A DNA stretch of 57,203 nucleotides, filler included, from Sphacelaria rigidula (lineage: Eukaryota): assembly GCA_964200075.2 (NCBI GenBank). It is 3 parts of 3 records of this genome, joined end to end, with 100 filler letters (N's around TTAATTAATTAA, not from the genome) between each part and the next. Parts side by side here need not be neighbours in the genome. Positions count along the whole stretch, not along the records: positions 1 to 19,002 come from CAXNAA020000751.1; positions 19,103 to 38,103 come from CAXNAA020000752.1; 1 more part is not named here. The stretch is one strand, 5' to 3'. The notes under the pieces were generated by a model. The model did no database searches. It saw only the letters and a list, made by a program, of their open reading frames with translations, and was not told the origin of the DNA. Below are positions 11,801 to 23,700 of the stretch, in pieces. Made by a program: the position numbers and the translations under genes. The number at the start of each line of letters is the position of its first letter. Position 1 is the first letter of the stretch.

Positions 11801-14800
11801 CCACAGGCACGAGAGATCGATGTAGCACTATCGCCGTTTATCGCCTGATGTGAGGGAGACCTACTCTACCCGACTTTTCGTTTTCACCATTGAACCTGTT
11901 TCTGCCGGGATCAGTGTCCTGCTCTTCTTTAATCCGTGAAAGTATGTGTGGCAAGTAGGACTCCGGAACCAAATAGCGTCCTAACAGCTCGCAGCAATCC
12001 AGAAGTACCCCTTCCAGCGCGTTGTCCTGTGCAACATATCAGTGATAAGATTGGAAGCGACTCGTTGGAGTAACTTGCCCCTTATTGGTATCTGGCTCAG
12101 GTGCGATAAAATGGTTGGGGGTGGTAAAAACCACGGAGTCATCATAATACCCGTGCTATACGTACCTTAGCGCTGGCGGCCAGGTCCAGCGCCCTTTGGA
12201 GATACGGGATCAATTTATGTGCTTCCACGGTCAGATGTTCTTCGCAAAACACGATTAAGGTACGGAACAGCCTTGCTGACTGGAGTCGCGTGTGGCTGAT
12301 CCAATCGGACAACTCCGTCAGCAGTGGCTGGTAAGCGGACGGCGATACACAAGCGATGACAGCGTTCGAAACACATATATTCGGAATGCACGTTGCCCGA
12401 TTATTTGTGTTCACTCCACAATATGCATTGTGTGTTTGAGCGGCTAGGCACTCACCAAGAGGAATCTGCGCGTGTTTTTACGAACGTACAACCGCGTTCC
12501 GATCCTCGGGCGCCCCGAGAATGGTGCCGGAAGCGGCTTGGTGTGGTTAGCGCGGACATCACCGTCCACCCCGAATTGTCGTCGTTCGATCACTTCATCC
12601 TGATGCTCGCTCTCGTATTCCACCCCACACCGGGACAAAGTCTCCAGCGCGATGGCCGAGACGATCTGGTGGCGAGAGCATAGCAAACCGGCTTGATCGT
12701 GAGGGTTGCCGAGTAGAAAAAAATGCCTCTTGGAAAGTACGCAACTCTGGCACCTTCCCGTACATGCCCATGAGGCGTACACATGTTCCCAACCAATCGA
12801 TCAAATCAATCGACCACGAACCCTACCATTGCTTACCTCGGCTTCGTCTGAGATGGTGTTGAGCACGTAGGGTAAGAGCCGTGTCTGGTGGTCGTATCTG
12901 GGTGCAATTCGAGCGAAAAGCGAGGCCGGTCTGACGTGTTATGTGCAGACCTTTATGAGCATAGTATATTCGGTCACTTTTGGGGCTGGGTACACCACTC
13001 TACCCTCTTCAGCTCGTTTCACCATTGGGTTGGGTTGATAAACGGGTAAGTGGGTGGGTAGATTGGGGTGTATTTTGTGCGCTTCACGAACTAATGTGCA
13101 GGTGAGCAGTTGCGCGCTTCGACATACACATGCAGCTGCCTGTGCGTCTGACAGGCACATATCTCCCATTCTCCTCAATGAACGCATTTCAGTGGCAATG
13201 ATAGGCCGTAGGTATCCATGAGTGGTTTTCTCTATCCTTATTTTGTCTGTATCATACTCACACTGTACCGGGGAGAGATGGGTTGATCCCTTGAGACCAC
13301 GGACTCGTCCCGAGGAAGGGGAGGGGTTCAAAGTGCGACAAATAAATAATAATAGCAATAATAACAGTCCACCGCCGTGCGTTCACGTACCTATCAGGTA
13401 GAGCTGTAAGCCAGTCGCCCAGCATTGATGCAGTCTTCTGTCGAACAGCGACGCTTTGGTCTCTAGTCAACTGAGGCACACATAGAGCGGTATCGAGGAA
13501 TAGGTCATACAAGTCAAATGTTTACATGCGGTACTTGAAGGCAATTATGTGAATAAATTTGCATTTTATCTGTTTAGGAACGGCGAATAAAGGCATGAAT
13601 ACCAACACCGGACCAATGCCAGTGTCAGTTATAGTAAATGATAACGAAACAAGTCACACATACGGTGCAGAATTCCTACAGAACCTGCGAAGCATCTTTT
13701 CACCTCTGCCAAGTAGTTGATTGTCGTGTCTCCTTTCCCGTAGAAGGCTGCAATGGGGAGGACGTTGTCCTCGCGAAATCCCACAAGATCAACTATTGCC
13801 GCGGTTCCCGCCCCTTTCACTTTCGCTCTGTCGGGGACCTTCACCGTCACCCAGAGTGCCTCTAACGCAGCCAGCCGTACCTTAGCATGTCTAAATCGAC
13901 GATAGAAGAGCACAGCATAAAAGTTCGTCACGAAGCTCACAAAATGATAGGAGTGTAGGGCACAATTGGAGACTCTCTCCGATCCACCACGGACGACTGT
14001 ATACGAGAAATCGTGTCCACGTTTCCAACCCTCTCCAGAGTAACTCACGTTGCAGTGCCCAAGTGACCATCGCCCTTCCCGTGATGTCTCGGAAAACACT
14101 TCCGGTGTTTCGATAAACACATAACTCTTCGCACCCTTCTTCGTCGGCAAGATGTCTCCACTTGATATGCACGTACGTCACTTTTCCTTACATTTGTCCT
14201 GAATAACCCACCTATGTCTGAGAAGCGGCAGTGTTGCGCGTGCCAGACCGACTGCGTAGAACTTCATTCCCTGCCAATTTTGCGTGGTGCACGTTAGAGT
14301 CTCTGAGTGTCCTCCACAAGAGGGAGAGGTACAGTATTACCGCGCATGGACTGACACGACTACGCCTCACCTGCTCTAGAGACGGTTGGAGGGCCAACAT
14401 GGAAATTATACCAAGGGCCTCCACTTTCACCGGAGAAAACGGATCTCTGAATTGAGTCACGAGGAAAAGAACAGCGTCGTCGAGGTACGGCCTGAGCACG
14501 CCTACCGTTCCCCTGCTTGTTAGCTGGGAAAATATGTGCTCGACCAGCTGGCACAGCACCAGACGCAACTCCTCGCTCCCTTCGGCGACGCTCTGCACTA
14601 GTGGAATACGCCGATCTTGCCGTTCGGTTGCTTTTCCCCTGAAAACGATAGAAAGTCACAAGCTTCTCGCTGATGTTCCGAAGTCACGCAAATGGTACTA
14701 TCGTATGTGTAGAAACGTCAGGTGAGCGGTCCGCACTACTTCTGTGGTTGCAAAGGCAATTCCATACCGTACTAATGATTCATGCAGTATTATAATACTT

Positions 14801-17800
14801 TTGTCGACACGTAATATTTTGACCATGATGGGATATCTCAGGGATCAGTTAATGTGCGACAGTCAATCAGTCAACGTACATTCATGTTTGTACATTTGCA
14901 TAATAGATCTTGACACGTGCCCATGTGAGACTATGAATACAGTGGCGCAGTTCTTGCAGTACAGTTTACTGCCGCAATTGCAAGATACAGTGGAGAACAA
15001 CTCGTATATACACCAATACACCAGCAATATTTTCAACTCTGGTATCATGAAAAGCACAGCACAATGCGCTACATCACAGGCCGAGAACACGGCATTGCGG
15101 ACCCTGGCAATCGCGATCTTGGAATATGTGAGCAGCCAACCTAGTGTTAGCTTTCAATACGGCACGATTCATGCGTTGATTTGTGTAAATCATCACTGTG
15201 ACTTTGTTGTAGAAGAGTGGCCAGGAAAGGCTATATCTTGTTGTTTTCGGTCATACTAGGGTACGGTGATCACAGAGTTTTGTTCATCTCGAATTCAGCT
15301 GAAAGTGACCGTTTTGGGTGGTGTGTCATCACCGGCACCGCGACCCTTGCAGCGCCATGTTGAACGGGATCGATCATGTAGATACTGGCTACACAATAGC
15401 AGTGCAGTAAGCAAAACAAGGTTCGAACTTGTCGAGAATCAATTAGGATCAACAGAAGGTAAAGCATACGGAAAGTAAAGGCGAACAAGCAGGCCTTGCC
15501 CTGCTACCAGTTGTGGGCAGAGGGCAATCATGATGGATCACCCACAACTTTGCACCTATTCTAAGCACGATCCCAATTATTTTTTTCGATTTTCTTGCGG
15601 AACGCGCAGAAGTAACGCAACACGATGTGTCGCCGGCAAAATTGACATAAATTGACTCATACCCACGTCGTTTTTGTACCTCGAAAAACACATGCGGACA
15701 ACTTATCCTAAAGCGGCCAAAAAAGATAAGGTCTACCATTTTCTGGGTACTGCTCTCCCTTTTCTTCAGTGTAGCGTACGTGCACGGCAGTCAACATTTG
15801 AACAGAAATATCGCTCAATGAGGATTGTTCGCATACCATTTTTCATCTGCACTTGAAGGTTCAAGAATCGGAGTTGTGCTACGGTAGGGGTGGGCAAAAC
15901 CTTTCAGGGCCGGCGTATCGGAGTTAGATGTAGACTCTCGCGCACCCATACAACTGCAGTGAGTACGAAGTTGCGTCTGAATGTGGTGCGATCCTTTCGA
16001 AGCCAAAAATCGCAAATTGTTAAAAATGTCATTGTTTTGTTTCACCACCAGAAAATATCTCAGACAATTTTTGGCCTAAAAAGTGCACCCCTAACGTAGG
16101 ACGACTCATCGGTAGATTATGAAAGAGGAAAGAGGCCGTTCTCAGGAATTTTGTCCCAACATTTGTGTTGAGGCAATACGGAGTGAAGGTATCTCTTGGG
16201 GGAGATGTCATTTACCGGACGTTGGATCAAAGGCACGTTTTTCCCCACTGGAGCACAATAAACAGCTTGAAACGGGGGAAACAACAGGGTCATGCGAATG
16301 TTGACCAGAGTCGGTGTCATTGGTTCGATTGAACGAAAATGTCAACAACTCAGAACCTGGTGCTGTGCTTCAGAGGACACCCATCGATCGCTTAGCCCGT
16401 GAGGCGTTCAAAGTTTGTCAAAGAAGTGTTTCCGGTTCGGGATTTGTGTCAGTTACTAGTGTATATCTCGATCCCCAAATTATAGGAGGACCAAACTTTC
16501 ATCGACTCGTGACAAGAATTGGTACCCGAAAAAATCCGTCTAAACCGAAATCCTTTGTTGATGCTAGCCATGCAACCGAAGCCAAACGCAACCAATATCG
16601 CGTCCACTCGCATCGGCGGGTCGGCTTGCCAGATACAGGGCATGTTTCGCCTGAGACACTTGTGTATTCGGTAGTTCAGTGAACGATACAGTCAGAGCAC
16701 ATACCGCTTGTAGGCATCGTGCGCTTCAATGTCGTGGATAAATAGCTGAACTTCTGCGTCGTAGAGACTACCCGGTGGCACACCACGCGCCATGACGATT
16801 GGAAACAGGTAGGCCAAATGTGGCGTCAGGTCTGGCACGTGATCCACCAAAACTATTACAGCGCGGAGAGCAGATTCCCTGTGTTGGCAGATCGAGTGAG
16901 GGAGCGGTGAGATCATGTGGTACAATTCGAGGAGCGGACGACAAGTATGGCACGTCTATCCAGCACGATCAGAGGTAGGTCAAATGTGGCGTCACATCTG
17001 ACATACGATCCACCAAAACTATCACAGCGCCGAGAGCAGGCTCCCTGCACTGACAGATCGAGTAAGGGAATGGTAAGATCATATGGTGCAATTACAGGAG
17101 CGGATGACAAGTAGCGGATGACAAGTAGCGGACGACAAGTAGCGGACGACAAGTAGGGTACGTCTATCTAGCGTGCTACGCGACCCCAACTCCTCGCAGC
17201 TTACCGGCAAACCTCGGATGGGTCAGCCAGGGCCTTGAAGAGAGTCCGGGCCAGGTTATCCATAAGTGCCGACATGAGATCTTCAAGAAACGCTGATGAC
17301 GTCGTCAGCACGTTGGCTGTTGAAGCGGCGTTTTGCATACCCTCCCCAGCATCAGAGAATCGCCGGATCACATTGCACAGGTCCTGGCTTAGAGATCGCA
17401 ATGCCGCTTTTCTGATATTCACGTCAACGTCAGCTGCTCCGTTTATGTTCTTCAACCAGCCAGCAGTAAATGTGCTGGCCGCGTCCTCTGCCGATCGAAA
17501 CTCTGTAGTCGTCGGTTCGAGTTTGCGAGCTTCGACCGTACAATCAGTGTTCCGTGAAATTTCTAATCTTGGCGTAGAAGGTACAACAATAGATGAAACG
17601 CCGAGCGCGACATTAATATGAGCTCGGGAGACTCCCTTATGCTTTGTACTGCTCCGAGTAGCTCTTGTGGACCTGGTTTGGCCTGGCTTTGACCCATTGA
17701 GTATCTCTTTTACTCGTGTTGCGTAAGCGGACGTTTTCTTAGCATCCGCAGACGTTGAGATCATGTCCCAAGCCTGCTCTGCGCTCGACGACATCCTCAC

Positions 17801-17908
17801 TCCCTGCCTTGGCCAATGCCCGATATAGTCCAGTAGTGTAGTATCCAGTTCGTGGCCAGTGTGGCAAGGTAGACCAAGTGGACGATGATCCTCCACGAAC
17901 ATGACCAT
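8828..17908 (-). CDS. DNAAF5: Dynein axonemal assembly factor 5 (HEAT repeat-containing protein 2), spliced, about 17 exons
   Basis: Hand-spliced GT-AG exons with consistent phases (5'->3'): 17908 (or ATG 17794, MSSSAEQAW)-17205, 16878-16705, 14638-14371, 14270-14212, 13890-13704, 13470-13391, 12897-12837, 12665-12456, 12327-12166, 12026-11896, 11712-11618, 11440-11387, 11288-10969, 10844-10683, 10501-9714, 9485-9264, 8927-8828 (TGA). Peptides EGSEELRLVLCQL, FRDPFSPVKVEA, LRHRHAKVRLAALEAL, DWLTALPDRYDHQTRLLPYVL, PFSGRPRIGTRLYVRKN, ELSDWISHTRLQSARL and LLGRYLVPESYL follow the motif order I recall for DNAAF5/HEATR2. The start codon and the 3' exons are less certain. Confidence 0.88.
14818..14875 (+). 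repeat. Solo LINE/SINE 3'-tail copy in a DNAAF5 intron
   Basis: TTGACCATGATGGGAT...GGGATCAGTTAATGTGCGACAGTCAATCAGTCAA resembles the tail at 410-482. Confidence 0.5.
16793..17176 (-). repeat. Tandem duplication of the DNAAF5 exon 2 acceptor region (pseudo-exon) plus 4x 14-bp tandem repeat
   Basis: 16793-16968 is duplicated at 16964-17176; GCGGA(T/C)GACAAGTA occurs four times at 17100-17155. Confidence 0.8.
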
Positions 17909-19002
17909 GTCTGTTGCCTGGATCCCGGCCTGAAAGATATTTCTTCACATTTGCCCCGTCTACTCAGAACCGCGTTCGGAAGGTAAAATTTACGAAGGTA
18001 GGCATTTCCTGTAATGCAACGAACAGTTATTGCTTTCTACTTGAGGAAATCTCTGCCTCTCATGGTGTTCACCTAAAGAGGTGGCTCTACACTGTAAGGG
18101 AAAACACTTGACAGAACGAGATCGAGTAGAGGAGAACACACGAATGATACACCTATAAAGTCATGATCCGTGCGGATCCGCTCCTCTGTTGCGTGTTGCG
18201 GTTGTCAATAATAATAGCTGCCAGCAGATCAAGAAATGGAACCATCTCTCGAAGAATTTGTGTGGATGCGAAAAATTAAATTCCCCAGGTTTTCATCCTC
18301 AATGCAACGCTCCATCCTCACAATGGATGATTGGCTGCTATATGTCCGAGGACCGTCTCAACTAGTAGAGCGAGTCATTCCAAGCCGTGGACTCCGCTTT
18401 TGATACCCTGTAGCTCTCTATTTTATTTAGGGCTTGAATGTGACGAAGAAGGGCCAAAAAACGTTTTCACGAGGACAGGCTTTTATTTTTGTTCGCTAGA
18501 AGGATCCTTTTCGGCAGGAAAAACCGGCTGCGCAAGAAACAGCCTAAAGCGGGTTTACACATGTGCCCAACACCTACTTGAATGATTTCCTTCATCCCTG
18601 CTGTCCCGCGAGTACGTATAATGCCATTACGATCGAGAGACCGAACAAACCCATCGCTGCTGGACTCTCACTGAGATCGCTATCGATGAGCGCTGCGGCG
18701 TGAGCCGCACGTTTCTTGTACGAGTCGTATGCAGTTTCACACCACGAAGTTTTCAATTGAAGAATGTGTGTGCATGAAGTTTCTGCAAACACGTAGGTAT
18801 GCGGTATGATACTGCTATGCAGCATTGCTACTTATTTCGTCTCTATACTCTGTGCTTTGTTGCTCGCTTCGGTTCTCGCCACAGCTGTGTTAGATCGGCA
18901 AGTGACTAGCGCGCTCCCCCCCCCCCCCCAAAACCACCGCACCCCCCCCGCCCCCACCCCCCACCACCCCCCCCCCCCCCCCCCCCCTCCCCCGGCGCCC
19001 AC

Positions 19003-19102
19003 NNNNNNNNNNNNNNNNNNNNNNNNNNNNNNNNNNNNNNNNNNNNTTAATTAATTAANNNNNNNNNNNNNNNNNNNNNNNNNNNNNNNNNNNNNNNNNN
19101 NN
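19003..19102. other. Artificial assembly linker (44 N + TTAATTAATTAA + 44 N)
   Basis: The 12-mer at 19047-19058 gives stop codons in all six frames; flanks are low-complexity C/G/T runs. Confidence 0.95.
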
Positions 19103-20760
19103 TTTTGTTTTTGTTGTGGTGTTGTTTGTTTGTTTTTTTTTTTTTTTGGGGGGGGGCCGGGGGCGGCGAAGGTCAAGGAAAAAGCACCGTTCAGTTACCG
19201 TGTGAGACTACAGACGCAATTTTCACCAAGCCAGGCTGTGGTTATTGACCACAGACCTCCTTCATTAGTGGTTGTGTGAGAGATGCACGAATTCTGCCCT
19301 CCTTTTTTTTTCTTCGTCCATGAATCCACTATTTTGGACTGATCCTCGAGGTTTCACGGCTATTCTATTGCGGTGTGGTGGGCGCAAGCGTCGTCTAATG
19401 AAAATAAAATGACCCATAATGAACTGTTTGTAGGTTGAAAGTTCCCGACGAGAAGAGATGAAGAGTCTAATGACCGGGGAGAGGGGCAAACGGGCCGATT
19501 TTGGAGGAAGCATTTCTCGCGAATAATACACACACATACACATACATATACACAAGAGAGTTCATGCGACTGTCTTGGTGAGCTTTGCGTCTTGCTCAAG
19601 TCAATCATTTGGAGCTAAAGAGCTTGGCACCCGGGCCAGCGTGGAGATATTTCTCACGTGTTTCGGCGACAATCTTGGAAGTGGCTGGTTTCATTGGATC
19701 TGTCATAATTCAGTCGATAAATCGCCCACAACAGAGGCCAACTTTGCGACCTAGACATTGCCACAACCAGAAAGAAAAATTGCGTCCGTGCACCGGATGC
19801 TTGGATTGGCTAGGCATAAAACTGTTCTTTGGTGTATATTATTCGCTCCCGATGAATTGTTCTGGAGCTGGAGGTACAGCCCAGCAACTCAGGCGTACCT
19901 TGGGCGACTGAGCAGAGGTGTTAAAGTTAGGTAGCCTGGTATTTTGAGTGAAGGGTAGGCATACCGCGAGGTTCCTCATTGTCGCGTCGGTGTTGTAATC
20001 ATCAGCTGGGAGTGAAGTGCCAGAGTATCCCAGCAAAGTATGCATGCTTCCTTTCATGAAGTGTATTACTGGAGATCAGGCACTACCATGCTATATACTC
20101 TGGAGTAAAGAAAAATCGCCCAGGGCGCCTCTGATTTCACATACATTGGTTGGTTGATTTCTTGCACATTAACTGATTCCCGAAGAACCCAGATGTGGTT
20201 ATTATCCATAAAAAAACGTATCCTAGGTAAACAAAACAGAAACACTCGCTAAAGATGGAGTGAAGTGGAGAGCCTCCCCCCGGGAAAAATGACGAGAATA
20301 AACGACGTGAACTGAGAATTCAAAGCCAAAACAAACAGTTATGATACCAAAACCTGATATTGTAGAGTTTTCTAAACCCTTCATGATGTCCAATATGTGT
20401 GTGTTGCAATATTGCCCGAAACTGGCGGGAGAAAATCTAACCGGTATCGACACCAGTTTTTTGTTTGTTTGTAGGAGATATCGTGTGTGTCGTTATTCGG
20501 AGTTGATCGCTCTTGTGACCACGCACGGGAGACTCGAGAGCACCTTTTGCGGTTGATTTTCGACAGTGGCAGTTCCATTGGAACTCCGTCGCAGGTACAG
20601 TACTATACGTGGCCTGTGTGCCACGGCGATCGTTCTTGTCTGGTGTGTTATGCTTCGCACGTTCAACACTGTCTTCATCCGTCGCCGTCTTTGTGCTCTT
20701 TTGGGGTCTTGGATCCTCTCGGCCGCGCCTCCACACCTGCACATCGCACCTTCCGCGCAG

Positions 20761-23700
20761 GACATTCACCTACTTTCCGAGGTCGTCCATGCCTTGGTCA
20801 GCATCACCCGACCACCCGTCCGTGCCGCTCCCGCCACCGCCGCCTCATGACCCCAAAAATCCGTTTCACTACCGGACCCGCCCGATTATCGTGGATCTTG
20901 GGGTCATTCGTACGGGAGCTACGGCGCGGAGACGGTTCAACGTCACCAACCTTAACCCCGTTGAGGTGAACGTCACTAATGTGGTTATGAACGGAGGCCG
21001 CAGTGTAGGCGGGAGTTCTCCGGTGGTTGCGTCGCTCGTGCTCGTGGCCGTCGGGCCGTTGCCCCGCGCGCCGCAGGCGCTGACGGAGATTGGTCGGCAT
21101 TTGCAGGTACTACAGGTTCTGGCCTCTTTTTTCTTGGTGTGAAATATGGATGGTTTGTTGCGTCATCTTGGTGTGTGTTTTAAGTGGTGAGTGGTTGTCG
21201 TGTTGTTCGCCGGTAGGCGTGTTTAGCGTCTGTACGGTTATAGTGACGCGAAGTTTTTTTTTGCTGTTATATCATCATCATCGTCATCATTATCCTTGTG
21301 TTGCGTTGCGGAGAATTGTCTGTCCGGGCGTATCATGGATGTGTACGTGAATATACATTGGTGAAGCCGTCGGGTGCGATTGAGTGCTCGAGCGGTTGAA
21401 GATTATACATGACTCGTGTGCCATTTTTTTATGCAATGGGTGCTTTTGATTCGCGTTTGTTCCCATCCATCGGACCTCTGCAATGCTGGGGCTCCCGGCT
21501 TGTATCATTATTTTCTGCCCAACATGAAACTAGTCGCGTTCACGCTCGGTCCCCGAAGCTCATCCGCTTCAAATCATTTTTGCGTTTCTCGGTGCGGATA
21601 CTCCTTGCTTGAATTCCGCTTCTTCTACGGTATTCGTGCTCTCTTTTTGTCTTTGTTTTCCAGTCTCGTTCTTTCCGAAACATAGCAAACCAGAACGCAG
21701 GGTCTGCGCGCGCGACGGGAGCGGCGAGCGGCGGTGTCGGAGGAGGTGGGAAATCACGAGACGGCGGCGATTCCGCCGCAAGTAGCACCGCACCGTCGTC
21801 TTCGTCCAAAGAAAGAGCGAAAACGCATATGCCACCAGAAACTGCAGTGCATCAGTTGATCCGAGAGACCGTGCGAGACGGCCAGGTTTCCTATAGGGAA
21901 GTCTTTCTCGTCGGCGGTTCTGGGACCGATTCGCAGAACGGTTCAGGCCCCTCCGGAACCTCGAGAACCTCGAGAACCCCCGAAGGCACAGGTCGGGAGA
22001 GTAACGTTGGCAACAAGAAGGCAGGGGGGAAAGGATGGGGAAGCCGGCGTGGTGGTAGCGGTGGCGGGAGAAACGGCGACGGCGAGGGGGGCACAGGCGC
22101 AGGGGAGAGCGTCAGTGTTGAGGAGACGGAGGCCGCTGCTGCGGAGGCTAGCCGTGTGTGCACTTTGGTTCCCGGTGCGACCGCAACGTTCGAGGTTGCT
22201 GCCACTGCCCCCGAAGAGGTTGTGGATGGGCCTGCCCAAATGCAGGTAGAGGGTAAACAATTGCGAGTAGTATTGTACTGGCCTCCAAGGATGCGTAGGA
22301 TAGGGTAGAGTACGAGAACGAGTACGAGTGATTTGAGGTGTCGGTAATCGAGCTACTCCAAACCTAGTATTTTCGGCAGGCACTACTCCAGGCACTCCGA
22401 ACTACCCGGTATTTCATCGCGCGGTACTCCAGGTACTCCAAAGTATCCAGGATTCTCGAAGGTTGCGTTCTGAAGGGTTTACCCGGAGGTTGGGGGATGT
22501 TGAGGCGGCGTACCAGATCATACCGGAATGGTTGATACACAACCCGGTATGACTCGGAAGAATATTCTCCGATGACGAATCCCTTGTATATTTCTGTAAA
22601 ATACCCTACATTTCACCGGTATGCCCTACAGAGTACAACGTTGATATTTTCGGCCGTCGACAATTCATGTACTCGGGGATGCTGGATATATTTCGACGGG
22701 CGATACACCAGGTACTCTCGAGCACCGAGTGCTAAATATACCCTGGAAATTCGGACTGGCTGAAGTATCGTACCATGTCCTGAGCGCGTTTGCTTTGCTG
22801 TTACTGTTGATGTATTGCACTTGAAAAACATGTGGACGAGGATTAAGCCCAGGGTGTTTGACATGTGGAGTTTGAAGTTTGGGGTGCCGCCTTGGGCTGT
22901 TGCAAACGGTTGTTGTGTGTAGCCGGGATAGGTGTGTTGATCGAGCTTATTCACGTGCCTTGGAAGTTGGTTCATGGTCGAATCACGTCTTCTCCTAGTG
23001 ATTGAAGATGTGTCGGGGTGCTTATTACGCTGAGGGCTTTTCTTCAACGGGGCTCGAAAAATCGTTTGGCGATGTATGCCCTGTGATTCGTAGCTGAACT
23101 TCATTCACAGGGGATACATCGCTGCATGATTTTGTTGTTCGAAGTGTGTTTCAGATCTCGTTTAACCCTTGGACCGCAATGCGGGTAGTCCATGTGGATC
23201 ACGCGTACTTCAAGTATTTTTTCGAACCAAATTGATGCCTATTCAGCAGGTGGCCTACCCTCGCCTTCCAAGGGTTGAGGGAGGTCCTAGCTCCATTTCA
23301 TTTGACCCCCTATTTGTATCGTTCTGTCTTGTTTCCCTTGTGACCACCCACCCACCCCCTGCCCCCACAAAAATATACGGCAAACGAGAACGGAGCGGTT
23401 GACCACCTCTGGCCGCCCTTTTTCACAATACCCCGTCCCGGTGGAGGCACACGCGGGCAATGTCCCAGCGGAAAATGTTGAAGGCATGCTAACAGAAGTG
23501 CCTCCTCCATCACTGAATCACCTATAATACCCACCTCTTTCATTTGCCAGGTGCGAGGTTTGCTGCTATCGACGCCCATGGAAACCATTCCTGTCGTGGT
23601 GACCTACAACACGGTGCAGGGGGGCGTCATTTTCCACGTACCTCCTCGGGCCTCGCCCGACAATGATAGGGTTGCGAGCGGTGGTGAAGCGAAGGTGAAC

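Noticed and set aside
17100..17155. Short regular repeats as a CRISPR-like array
   Set aside because: Head-to-tail 14-mers with no spacers, no cas genes, and a eukaryotic intron context.
19047..19058. TTAATTAATTAA palindrome (also at 38148-38159)
   Set aside because: Six-frame stop spacer added during assembly; not biological.
17908..20761. Apparent head-to-head DNAAF5/TMEM131 pair with a shared promoter
   Set aside because: An artificial linker (19003-19102) separates them and TMEM131 lacks its 5' exons, so adjacency and distance are unsupported.
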